A stretch of DNA of 63,065 nt, the filler included, from Octopus bimaculoides (lineage: Eukaryota), in NCBI RefSeq assembly GCF_001194135.2. It is 7 parts of 6 records of this genome, joined end to end, with 100 filler letters (N's around TTAATTAATTAA, not from the genome) between each part and the next. Parts side by side here need not be neighbours in the genome. Positions count along the whole stretch, not along the records: positions 7,861 to 23,514 come from NC_069005.1; 6 more parts are not named here. One strand, written 5' to 3'. The translations under genes and the position numbers were made by a program. Below the pieces are notes generated by a model. It worked only from the letters and a program-made list of their open reading frames with translations, did no database searches and was not told where the DNA came from. Positions 11,310 through 22,690 of the stretch are shown piece by piece; within the stretch, counting starts at the first letter, position 1; every line of letters starts with the position of its first letter.

Positions 11310-12362
11310 GGCACTTGCCTCTTACAATTTTTCATTATATGAGTCAGATGATCCCACAATATGAGGCACTCGTCCTCTTACATTTTTACGCCCGCCAGAC
11401 TCATCCCTTCACTCAAGCACAACGATGGGTCTGGGTCGGGCCAATTCACAAGACGAAATTTGCCGATGGGGAAGGAATTCACCACCGTACATATGTCACT
11501 ATTCAACACGACCTCCGCAGTCACCTGCGGAGGCCAGTCCGGATCCTTAGTACAGGTGAGGATTCCCTCCCTCCGACCCTTCCTAGAACACTCTTTCACG
11601 AATTTATGNNNNNNNNNNTCTCTCCCTCCACTGGGGGAGCGGGGTAACTACATTCAATAACTGTTCCAGGACCTTACTCTGGTCCTGGGGACAGTCTTTC
11701 TTGATGTGGCCGGGCTTCAGACACGGGTGACACATGGGAGGACGTCCCTCAAGGATCATTGGATATCTGTGCCCAGACATCCTCAAAAAATCTGGATTGG
11801 GCCCACATGGTCAAAACAGCTTTTGACCCAACCCAATCAGCCGATGGAAGTATTTTCACATTAAGGAGCTTGGCTCTGATGCCACCCAGCCCCTGACGGG
11901 TTGTGTCCTCAATCCACTCAGGCTCAATACCAGGTGGCAGCCCACACACCCAAGCTCTAGTTAATTTCTTCCCACAATACGTGGGAAGAAACAAAATGTT
12001 CTGCCCTTCTAAGGGCTGGCTCAGAAAATTGCGAGCCACCTCAGGGGTGTCAAATAGCAACCAAACCGTTGCATACTTGACACCCCTGGTTATGAACTTG
12101 ATAGTGGCCAGATGCTCCGCCAGCTCACTCTCTATCTCGACCTTGGGAGAGACCGTAATGGTGTCGAGTGCCTTCGAGTAGGTTCTGATCACCACCGTTC
12201 TTAATTTTAATTTCAATTTTATTTTATTAATAGCCTTTTTCTCTTCTTACATATTTTATATTCATTTTTGATAAGGTTTTTCAAAAAAACCGAAACATGT
12301 AAATTAATTAAAACACCCAAAAAATGTTTTTAAAAAGCAGCATTTTCATTTTTATTCATTTT
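11310..12362 (-). mobile_element. Tx1/L1-like LINE ORF1 (gag-like, CCHC zinc knuckle), 5' part of element
   Basis: ORFs 11749-12216 and 11604-11786 are joined by a frameshift. They contain CHPCLKPGHIKKDC (CX2CX4HX4C) and ILFLPTYCGKKLTRAWVCGLPPG, homologous to the relic at about 2870-3170. Confidence 0.75.
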
Positions 12363-13216
12363 NNNNNNNNNNNNNNNNNNNNNNNNNNNNNNNNNNNNNN
12401 NNNNNNNNNNNNNNNNNNNNNNNNNNNNNNNNNNNNNNNNNNNNNNNNNNNNNNNNNNNNNNNNNNNNNNNNNNNNNNNNNNNNNNNNNNNNNNNNNNNN
12501 NNNNNNNNNNNNNNNNNNNNNNNNNNNNNNNNNNNNNNNNNNNNNNNNNNNNNNNNNNNNNNNNNNNNNNNNNNNNNNNNNNNNNNNNNNNNNNNNNNNN
12601 NNNNNNNNNNNNNNNNNNNNNNNNNNNNNNNNNNNNNNNNNNNNNNNNNNNNNNNNNNNNNNNNNNNNNNNNNNNNNNNNNNNNNNNNNNNNNNNNNNNN
12701 NNNNNNNNNNNNNNNNNNNNNNNNNNNNNNNNNNNNNNNNNNNNNNNNNNNNNNNNNNNNNNNNNNNNNNNNNNNNNNNNNNNNNNNNNNNNNNNNNNNN
12801 NNNNNNNNNNNNNNNNNNNNNNNNNNNNNNNNNNNNNNNNNNNNNNNNNNNNNNNNNNNNNNNNNNNNNNNNNNNNNNNNNNNNNNNNNNNNNNNNNNNN
12901 NNNNNNNNNNNNNNNNNNNNNNNNNNNNNNNNNNNNNNNNNNNNNNNNNNNNNNNNTTCTGTCGGTCTTTCTCTGCCGAATAAGTTACGGAGAATGGCCG
13001 GAGTTATAGTAAGGTGTACCAACATATGAAACCATTAAAAGCACCGAATAGGAAAGAATCATTTGCACCCCGAACAAAATCTTAGCAGCATTTGCCCCGT
13101 CTTTGAGGGTCGGAGAAATAAGTACCAACTGAGCGCTAGGGTCGATGTAATCGCCAGTATTCTAGGCCACGTGTCTATTGTAAAAGGGATTATTAATATT
13201 ATCATTATTTATTGAC

Positions 13217-13433
13217 GGCGGCGAGCTGGCAGAATCGTTAGCACGCCGGACGAAATGCTTAGCGGTATTTCATCTGTCTTTACATTCCGTGTTCAAATTC
13301 CACCGAGGTTGACTTTACCTCTCATCCTTTCGGGGTCGATAAATTAAGTACCAGTTACGTACTGGGGTCGATCTAATCGACTGGACCCATCCCCAAAAAT
13401 TTCGGGCCTTGTGCCTAGAGCAGAAAAGAATAT
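13217..13433 (+). mobile_element. tRNA-headed SINE family 2, full-length copy
   Basis: Head GGCGGCGAGCTGGCAGAATCG..GTTCAAATTCC, core GAGGTCGACTTTGCCTTTCATCCTTTCGGGGTCGATAAATTAAGTACCAG and (TAT)n tail. Other copies lie at about 2040-2200(-), 5200-5400(+), 15570-15730(-), 17185-17397(-), 22700-22915(-), 28010-28190(-), 37343-37530(+), 39620-39812(-), 39830-40010(-), 40024-40240(+), 50205-50300(-), 50360-50490(+) and 59735-59873(+). Confidence 0.85.
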
Positions 13434-13836
13434 TATTATTATTAATTACTGAGCTGGCAGAATTGTGAGCATGCCGGACAAAATACTTAGCGGCGTTTTG
13501 TCTGCCTTGTGACTATAGTAGAAAGGATTATTTATGTCATTATCTCTCAAGAGGGAGACAAACTTCAAACTGCTGATCCCGACAGAATTCGGAACCTGGG
13601 GAGAGAGAAACAGGAACTAAATTCTATATTAATGCCCACCTAACTGAAGTTAACCCTTTTCGTACATATTCATCCCTTCTCTAATGCTTACATTATGTGT
13701 TTATTCAACTTTAGTTCCAACCTCTGCGGTATTTTGTCTTAATGCACTTTGAAATCCCTTGTTTGCTGACCGTTTTTTTTTTTTCTGGTTCCTTCAAGTC
13801 TATAGCTATCCGCTTCATGAAACTAATACGCGTGTG

Positions 13837-13877
<41 letters not shown>

Positions 13878-14299
13878 CACACATTGTATACATATATATA
13901 TGTGACTGCTATTTCTAAATTTTCAGTATGTTGGAGAAGCAACTCAATGCTAATCCCTGTATATTTATATATACGTATATATATATAAACGAAAATATAT
14001 ATATTCGTTAGTAAACCCTCGGTATCGAGGAAGATTGTCCGCCAGATTAAACTTATGGCCAAAATTATGTGTGTATGTGTGTATCTGTGTGTACACACAT
14101 ATGTGTGTATGTGTGTATCTGTGTGTACACACATATGTGTGTATCTGTGTGTATGTGTGTAAGTGCCTGTGTGCGTGTGTGTGAAAAAAGAGAGAGAGAG
14201 TGAAAGAGGGAGAGAATATATGCAAATAACCACATCATTTCGCACCCGTACACGTGCACACCGATACGATAAATCACGCAAATGTATTATTTGTATCAC

Positions 14300-15560
14300 T
14301 CACAGCCTCGGACAGTACAACCACCACTATCACAATCTCTACAACACAGCTACTGCTACCACCACTTATATACCGTCACATGTACTGCAATACCTACCAT
14401 CACAATCACCACCAGCACTACTACGTCCGCAACCACTACTTACTAAATCCAACATCTCTGTCGTGATCCTTCACGGTATAAAAGCTTCCTTCCATTCATT
14501 ATAATTCGATAAAATGATGGTAGTGGTGGTGGTGGTGGTGGTGGTGGTGGTGGTGGGCGTCGTCGTCGTCGTTGTCGTGGTGGTTATACAGATTTAGTCG
14601 TACTGGTGGTGATGACAGCTGGATTTAAACGGTCATGCTAGAAATCATCCAAACACCATCAGCACCAGTTCTCTTCTACCTCCAAGACTACCACTAACCC
14701 TAAAGATCTATACTTCTATCACAGCTACCATCACCATCATCATCATGTTGACGGTGGTGCTGGTAGTTGCGGTTGTAGTGATGGTGGTCGACTTGCTACT
14801 TGCTACTACCAATACTAACATCGCGGGTAAATGAGAGAACATCGGTCAAATGCCATACTACCATTTCATTTTTAAAAACTACGGATTTTATATCTACACT
14901 TCTATCGCAGCTACCATCATTATCCTCATGCTGACGGTGGTGTTGGTAGTTGTGGTTGTGGTGGTTGTGATGTTTGCTGCTGTGGTGGTGGTGGTTGTGA
15001 TAGTGATAGTGGCGATGGTAGTGGTTTTAGTAGTGGTGGTGGTGACAGTAGCGATGGTTGTGGTAGTGATGGAGTGATGAGGAAGATGGTGGTGATCGTG
15101 ATCGTGTGGTTGTGATGGTTGTGTTAGTGGTGGCAGTAGTGGTGCTTGTGGTTGTGGTGGTGGTGGTTGCGGTGGTGGTGGTGGTGGTGGTGGTGGTGGT
15201 TATTTCTAGGCTATCTGCACATAAGAAAAGATGGGATAGTCACGGCTGAAATTCATAAGTCACCTAGATCAAGTCTGACCAGGGGCTAAATATAATAACA
15301 AATAAAAAGACCGTAATAAGTGCCTCCAACACTAAAACCCACCACTCCACCACTAAAACGCCACTACACTTCGACCATCACCACCATCATTAAAACCACA
15401 ATTATCAGGAACAACGTGACCACCCACCACCAACGCCACGACCACCACAACTACAACCACCACCACAATAACTACCATCACTACTAACACTACCGCCTCC
15501 GCCACAGTCAACACAATTAGCACCAGCTCTTGTAGCACAAGGACAACAAGAAGAGCTCTT
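14300..15560. repeat. Degenerate (CAC/CAT/GTG)n trinucleotide low-complexity region
   Basis: Alternating blocks of ACC/ATC and GGT/GTG repeats. The poly-V and poly-T ORFs here are artefacts. Confidence 0.9.
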
Positions 15561-15949
15561 ACACAGTATCATGGACTCTAGTACAAGACTGGTACATTAT
15601 TTTATTCACCTCGGAAGGACGAAGGGTAAAGTTCACTTCGGCAGGATTTGAACTCAGAACATACAGAACCGGAGTAAATACCGCAAGCAATTTTGTACTA
15701 TGCGCTAATGATTCCACGAATCTTCCATTCTTATCGCCATCTCTACTAATACTAATGCTGGCATCATCACCACCAACACTACCAACACCAGCCGTCGTCA
15801 TTACGACCATCATGATGACCTTCATCGCCACAATCGCCAACAATACTATAACCACCACCGCCAGCATACACACACGAATAGGTGCTTTTATATTTGTGTT
15901 CGTGTGTGCGTATAGACATATATACAAACATACATCTTTATATACATAC

Positions 15950-16005
<56 letters not shown>

Positions 16006-16049
16006 ATAGCTCTTCTGTGTGATCCTTCTGTCCGGCATTCGCCATGATA

Positions 16050-16231
16050 GATCGCATTTATATTTTTTTTTCTCCTTGTTTCTCTACTTATTTCTTTCTG
16101 TGTTCCTTTCAGTTGAAGAGCGTAGCTCGAAACGTCAAAGACTTTCTCTATTCCCGAGCGTTAAACTAATACATCTCAATTGTTGTTTACACCACCTGTC
16201 TTCGTCTGTTGTTCTTTTTCGTAAATTCCCC

Positions 16232-16240
<9 letters not shown>
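16050..16240 (+). mobile_element. Penelope-like terminal repeat fragment with hammerhead-like motif (16106-16140)
   Basis: CTTT-CAGTTGA-A-GAGC GTA GCTC-GAAA-CGTC-AAAG. A homologous copy lies on the minus strand at 57895-58070. Confidence 0.55.
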
Positions 16241-16267
<27 letters not shown>

Positions 16268-16391
16268 CATACATACATACATACATACATACATACAAAC
16301 ACATACATATACGTATATGCACATATGTTTATATATACATGTTTACATATATACAGAGACACACGTACAAGCATATACAGATTTATATATT

Positions 16392-16422
<31 letters not shown>

Positions 16423-17397
16423 ATATGGGACGTAAACACACCAACATCGGTTGTCAAACAATGTTGAGAGTGGGACAAACACAGACACAAACATATACAT
16501 ATATATACATATATACGACGGGCTTCTTTGAGTTTCTGTCTACCAAATTCACTCACAAGGCTTTAGTCGGCCCGAGGCTATAGCAGAAGACACTTGCCCA
16601 AGGTGCCATGCAGTGGTTGGGAAGCAAGCTTCTTACCACACAGCCAATAATATATATACATGTACATACATACAAGTGGTGGAGGGGTAAAAAAACTAGA
16701 GGTCGTAACATTCACTCTTTCCCCTTATAAAAACTTTACTGGTTGTGCGAATGAGCTCCAATTCAGAATCGAACCTCTGATGCGTAGTCGGTTTTGGTTA
16801 CCGCTGAATCTTGACTTACTCTATGTACTTCAGCGAGCCATCAATGAAGTCTCTATGGGGTCTGTCTCTGTACATCCTAGCAATTCCAACCAAACTTTCA
16901 AAATTTCTTTTCAAATCATGCAATGAGCCTTCTTTGTAAAAAGGTGTGGAACTGTTTCTCAGGATTCGAGAATGATTCTTCTAACGAGAAATATATTTAA
17001 ATAGAATAAAATAAAGAATTGAGATGGTCACAGCTGAAAGGTCTTAGATTAATGGTTTGCCCAATCAGAACGTAAACAGAAAGTAAACAGAACGTCAACG
17101 GAATGTAAAGATGGAAGAAGTGCCACTAAGTATTTTGTCTGGTGCAGTAACAATTTTGACGGGCTGCAGAAGATTAATAATGGTCTGAAATTTTGGAACA
17201 AGGCCAGCAGATTTTGCGGGAAGGGGGAGGTGGATCAGACTGACCCTATTACTTGACTGACTTATTTTATCGTCCCTGAGAGGATGAAAAGCAAAGTCGA
17301 TCTTAGCAACATTTGAAATCAGAACGTAAAGATTGATAAAATGCCGTTAAGCATTGTGTATTTTGCCCGGCGCGGTAACGATTCTGCCAGCTCGCAG

Positions 17398-17464
<67 letters not shown>

Positions 17465-17470
17465 GCAGCA
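17398..17470 (+). repeat. (AAC)n microsatellite
   Basis: Direct inspection. Confidence 0.95.
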
Positions 17471-17849
17471 GCTGTGGGTGAGTAACGTAATCTACTTCGG
17501 CATCCAGTCCAGATACATCCGGAATTTGATGTTTAAGTTACTGCTACACTCCCGCATCATCTTATAGATATCAACTGCATAACAATAAGTAGCAGTAAAA
17601 ACCATATAACAAACAAATACGTAAACATTAATGGATTTATTTTATGCACTTAAATAGGCTTCTGCATGTTATCTGAGTAGCTACTCTTTGAGTTTCTCGA
17701 GTGTGAGCGAGTGTGTGGTGATGTTGATGTGCGTGTGAGTGTATGTGTCGGCGTGAATATCATCAAAGTATCAGTTTTCTCCGTACATTTGTGTTTGTCG
17801 GACTGCCTGCATGCCTGTCTGTCTGTCTGTCTATCTATCGATCGATCTA

Positions 17850-17882
<33 letters not shown>

Positions 17883-18887
17883 TTATCTATCTTTCTATCT
17901 GGCTTTCCTACACACACATGTATGTATGTATGTATGTATGAATGTATGTATGTATGTATGTATGTATGTATGTGTCTGTATGTATGTATATGAAATCTAT
18001 GCTCTTTTTAAGTATGTGTATGTATATATACGTATGCATTTGTATGTCTAGCATGTTTTGTATGAATGTGTCACGTCCTCGTGTTGTTTTCTTGTATTTT
18101 TTCTCCGTTTTTTTAAAATTAATTATATATAGACTCATACGATCAAATAAAGTACTACACATACGCACATCCCACACATGCACACAAATACACAAACACA
18201 CACATATACACATACAGGCATACACACAACCAAATAGAATATTGCTGAAAATACGTTTGTCATGTATGGGTCACTATCAACTCATGGTCAAACAATGTGG
18301 AGAGAAGCAACCTTGTTGCTCTTCCTTCAAACGAACAAATTTTCCTGTCAACTTCACCCTGAAGATGGGCTCTTCCTAAAAATGTTACGAAACATACTTT
18401 TGCTGTTAAGCTATGCAAAAGACAATTCTGTCAGCAGAATTTCGTCATTAAGTTAAAGTTGACTCCCTTGAGGAAATTTCCTTTTTCTCAGTTGAGAATT
18501 ATTAGCAACCCTTGTACGACTTCCTCGCGGAGCCTATGTCAGTCAATGAAATAGGGAGGCGGCAGCGCTATCCTGGACAAAGGAACATTTCTCATTCTAA
18601 AACATTATGCCATCTGATCGATTGTGTTCAATATAAACATACCAAAAACAGGTGTGGCAGTATATGCTTTACAAAACAAACACGCTTTTCTTCGAATTGT
18701 AGCCATAATTACATAACAGTTGTAGAAGCATGATATAATCTTGTAATTCAACTCATCAGTGTTCCGCCATAAATATTAAAGGCTCATGCCGAACGACCTG
18801 GACAATAGATATATCTATAGTGATCGAATGTATTATGTGCCGTACATTATTAGCTCACTGCCTCCATCAAGTCAACGTTGCTTCAAC

Positions 18888-19042
18888 AGGTACACTGTGT
18901 ACCACACGTCAGGTGTCGAAGCAATTGCAGAGTAACGAGAGATGAAATGTTTTTCTCAAGAACACAACGCACCAGCTGGTCTAGGAATTGAAACCACGAT
19001 CTCACGATCGTGAGAGCAGCATCCTGACCACTCGGCCATGTG
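18888..19042 (-). mobile_element. tRNA-headed CORE/V-type SINE, 5' part
   Basis: Minus strand GGCCGAGTGGTCAGGATG..GTTTCAATTCC..GTGTTCTTGAGAAAAAC. The head is related to those at 23685 and 24542. Confidence 0.65.
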
Positions 19043-19279
19043 TCCTCACATTCCACCACATGAAAATAATTCATTAAAATCCAACTAAACAAGCAATTAA
19101 AGACAGAAAAAAGGGCAAAAAACAACGTGAGAGCGTACACAAGGAATATATCGATTTGACGCTCGGTGAAAGGAGAGAGTTGTTGTTAATGTTTCGAGCG
19201 TAGCTCTTTGTCGGAAACAGGAAAGTCCAAAGAGAAAGAAGAAAAAAAGAAGAAAAAATCATATCAGCAGCTATAGTGA

Positions 19280-20345
19280 AAGGTGTGTGTATGAGTGGGT
19301 GTGGTTCTGTGTGTGTGTGTGTCTGTACGTGTATGTGTGTATTTGCATGTGTGTGTAGGCGGAGAGGTCAATAGTTAGTGGGCGGCAGTCTGGAAGGGGT
19401 GTAAATAGGTGGGTGTGGCTGTGTATGTGTTGGCATGTGTGCGTCGACTGAGTGAGAATGTGTGTGTATACACATGTGTATAGGTGCGTGTGTGTATCTC
19501 TGTGTGTGTCACTCTGTCTCTCTATATATACATATATATGTGTGTGTACTTTGTGCGTGTAGATATGTGCGTACATGTGTGCGTGTGGCTATATGTGCGT
19601 GTCTATGTGCATGTAAATGTGTATGGAAGTGTATGTACGTGTGTGTATATGTGCGCATGTGTGTATATGTGTATGTGAGTGTGTCTATGTGCATGGGAGT
19701 GTGTGTGGAGGTGTATGTACGTGCGTGTATGTGTGCACGTATGTGTGCGTCGTGTGTGTGTGTAGAAGGTTGTGTTGNNNNNNNNNNGTGTATGTACGTG
19801 CGTGTATGTGTGCACGTATGTGTGCGTCGTGTGTGTGTGTAGAAGGTTGTGTTGGGGTAGGTATATGTGCGTTCGTGGGGGGGGGGGGGCGCGTGTGGTA
19901 GTAACTGTGTGTGTCTCTCTGTGTCATTCTATCTCTCTATATATACATATATGTGTGTACGTGTGGGGGTATGTGTGTCTATGCATGTGAGTGCGTGTAG
20001 AAGTGTATGTACATGCGTGTATGTTTGCATGTATATACACGTTGTGTGTGCGTGTGTTGTGTGTGTGGAGGGTTGTGCGTGAGGGACTATATGTGCGTTC
20101 CTGTGCGTATGAGTGCCTGTGTGTGTGTGTTTGTGGTTATGCGTATACATATGTTCGTATGTGCGAGTGTGTGTATATGTATATGTGCGTATGAGTGTAT
20201 GTACGTTTGTATATATGACTCTATGTGGCTGTGGGTGTGACCGTGCATGTGTATGTGCATAAGTGTGCATGGAGGTATGTGGGGGTGTATATATAAGAGT
20301 GCGCGCATATGAAAGTGTGTGTATGAGTGTATGTGTGTGCATGTG
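19280..20345 (+). repeat. Degenerate (GT/GTAT)n compound microsatellite
   Basis: About 1 kb of alternating purine-pyrimidine repeats. Confidence 0.9.
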
Positions 20346-20361
20346 AAATGTGTCTCAACAC

Positions 20362-20606
20362 TGTTACGTCCTTTGAACTCACTGTATATGCCACTTTATA
20401 ACGTCGGCTTATAACAAGGTTTTAATAATACAAATATAAATCAGAAACAACACGTGACACAATATATCTTCTCAACGGCTTCCACGACTGTCTTCACAAA
20501 GCGCCTGCGCACACCACACTGTCCTTCACTGACAGTGCGCATGCGCCTTTATATGGCTTAGTTCAATTGACTTGCTATCCCACAGGGGTGTCCAGATTTC
20601 ACCACA
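20362..20606 (-). mobile_element. 3' LTR (245 bp) of a Gypsy/Ty3 retrotransposon
   Basis: Minus strand runs TGTGGTGAAATC...GACGTAACA (TG..CA), with TATA-like CATATAAAGG and ATTAAA. It is directly preceded by the polypurine tract AAAAAAAGGGAGA (20607-20619). Confidence 0.75.
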
Positions 20607-20690
20607 TCTCCCTTTTTTTAGTTTGACTTTCGTTGGAAGTCAATATTTTTCTTTTATTTATTATCCTTTTTACCACCTCTCCCCCTTTTT

Positions 20691-21000
20691 TCAATACCCC
20701 GGGAAGAAATTGGAATATTGTTTTCGTTTTGCGTCTACTTGCAAAAATCCTGTTTGCTTTCTTTTCTCGGTCACTATACTCGTTGGTTCGATTATTCCTT
20801 GAGGTATCGGAACGTCAAAAATGTCATAAAGAAATTCCATTGGCTCTTCATATCTTCTTCTTTCTTCCGTAAACCGTTTTTTCAGTTTGTTTAGGTGTCT
20901 CTTATGTTCCCGCATATGACCTTTTACCATGTACATTATTTTTCCTAAACGTTTACTAATTATACCTTCTTCCCAACTTTCCTTTCCGTTTCTTTTGTAA
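20691..21000 (-). pseudogene. Gypsy-type pol/integrase C-terminal tail
   Basis: SWEEGIISKRLGKIMYMVKGHMREHKRHLNKLKKR...EEPMEFLYDIFDVPIPQ..KRKQTGFLQVDAKRKQY resembles invertebrate Gypsy integrase tails. It sits upstream of the PPT and LTR in the expected order. Confidence 0.7.
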
Positions 21001-21001
21001 T

Positions 21002-21619
21002 AATATCGCCATTCGTTAGAGAAAAAATTTGTAGTTTGGAATCAGTAGTTCTTTGACTGCTATTTCTGAATTATCAGTATGTTGGAGAAGCAGGCTTCTG
21101 CTAATCCCTGTATATTTATGATTATAAATGGTATTACCGATAAAGGTTTTTTCATACTGAGCTACTCGGCAAAATTGTTAATTATTAATTTTATTACTAA
21201 TTGACGATTCCCTGCCCTATATATCTAAATTTTTAGTAATGCCTCTAAGGTGGATGGCTAAACCGCAACCAGTCGTAGGGGACTTTTTTCTATACGGGAC
21301 TATCTGCCTCACGTGGTCTTGATGTCGCATGGTCAAAATTAACGTGAGTTATTTAGACACTGGCAAATTTATTCGAATATTGAGGCTGAAGATCGGAATA
21401 GGGAACTTCATACCCTTAACCGAGAAACGTCGTACCCAATTAACTAAAGGCAGGTTTGTTTTTACTCTTCTCTTCTGTTTTTTGTTCTGTGTGTGCCATA
21501 AATATCGCCATCCGTTAGAGAAAAAATTTGTAGTTTGGAATCAGTAGTTCTTTGACTGCTATTTCTGAATTCTCAGTATGTTGGAGAAGCAGGCTTCTGC
21601 TAATCCCTGTATATTTATG
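21002..21619 (+). repeat. 499-bp period direct repeat (21002-21120 recurs at 21501-21619, running into a gap)
   Basis: A 119-bp near-identical duplication AATATCGCCATyCGTTAGAG...CCCTGTATATTTATG. A related fragment lies at 13903-13970. Confidence 0.85.
21379..21440 (+). ncRNA. Type I hammerhead ribozyme, canonical core
   Basis: ATTG-A-GG | CTGAAGA | TCGG..AGGG..CCCT..CCGA | GAAA CG T CG TA | CCCAAT. Stem I has 6 bp plus a bulge, stem II is 4+4 bp, and stem III is ACG-T-CGT. Predicted cleavage is after GUA at 21434. Confidence 0.7.
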
Positions 21620-22338
21620 NNNNNNNNNNNNNNNNNNNNNNNNNNNNNNNNNNNNNNNNNNNNNNNNNNNNNNNNNNNNNNNNNNNNNNNNNNNNNNNNN
21701 NNNNNNNNNNNNNNNNNNNNNNNNNNNNNNNNNNNNNNNNNNNNNNNNNNNNNNNNNNNNNNNNNNNNNNNNNNNNNNNNNNNNNNNNNNNNNNNNNNNN
21801 NNNNNNNNNNNNNNNNNNNNNNNNNNNNNNNNNNNNNNNNNNNNNNNNNNNNNNNNNNNNNNNNNNNNNNNNNNNNNNNNNNNNNNNNNNNNNNNNNNNN
21901 NNNNNNNNNNNNNNNNNNNNNNNNNNNNNNNNNNNNNNNNNNNNNNNNNNNNNNNNNNNNNNNNNNNNNNNNNNNNNNNNNNNNNNNNNNNNNNNNNNNN
22001 NNNNNNNNNNNNNNNNNNNNNNNNNNNNNNNNNNNNNNNNNNNNNNNNNNNNNNNNNNNNNNNNNNNNNNNNNNNNNNNNNNNNNNNNNNNNNNNNNNNN
22101 NNNNNNNNNNNNNNNNNNNNNNNNNNNNNNNNNNNNNNNNNNNNNNNNNNNNNNNNNNNNNNNNNNNNNNNNNNNNNNNNNNNNNNNNNNNNNNNNNNNN
22201 NNNNNNNNNNNNNNNNNNNNNNNNNNNNNNNNNNNNNNNNNNNNNNNNNNNNNNNNNNNNNNNNNNNNNNNNNNNNNNNNNNNNNNNNNNNNNNNNNNNT
22301 ATATATACTTTATTTAAAAGCAGCAGAAATATAACAAA

Positions 22339-22384
22339 AAAACCGTTACTCTGAGTTTCACGTTCCCGTTCATCGGACAGTTTT
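22339..22384 (-). ncRNA. Type I hammerhead ribozyme motif with U4C core change
   Basis: AAAACTGT | CCGATGA | ACG GGAA CGT | GAAA CTC A GAG TA | ACGGTTTT. It has an 8-bp stem I (one GU), a GNRA-capped stem II, a 4-bp stem III with a 1-nt loop and a GUA site. Confidence 0.65.
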
Positions 22385-22409
22385 GTTGCACATTTCATGT
22401 GCTTACTCC

Positions 22410-22448
<39 letters not shown>

Positions 22449-22451
<3 letters not shown>

Positions 22452-22690
22452 GACCTGAGATAAGCAGATGGTGGGGTTGCATAAAACGTTAGGTTGTGCC
22501 AATTATCCCTGGAGCCTTAGGAACGATGGAGAAGAGGCTCAAGGAATAGACAGAAAATATTGGCTTGCAACTGGCCTGCTGTTAGCAACGGCGAAGATTA
22601 TTCGAAAGTTCTTGGATGGCTGAGGTAATATGTGATGATTTGTTTTCCATCATACAAGAGATTTTGAAATAAACAAATAAATATAATAAT
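22449..22690 (+). mobile_element. R4/Dong-clade LINE 3' end fragment
   Basis: EISRWW...VVPIIPGALGTMEKRLKE...LQLAC.LATAKIIRKFLD (frameshifted) matches the C-terminus of RLE elements and is followed by an A/T-rich tail. Confidence 0.65.

Noticed and set aside
13217-13433. Regularly recurring conserved 30-50 bp motifs (GTCGACTTTGCCTTTCATCC...) suggestive of a CRISPR-like array
   Set aside because: They are dispersed, on both strands and irregularly spaced. They are the core of a SINE family.
19710-19855. 67-bp direct repeat on both sides of a 10-N gap
   Set aside because: This is most likely an unmerged contig overlap.
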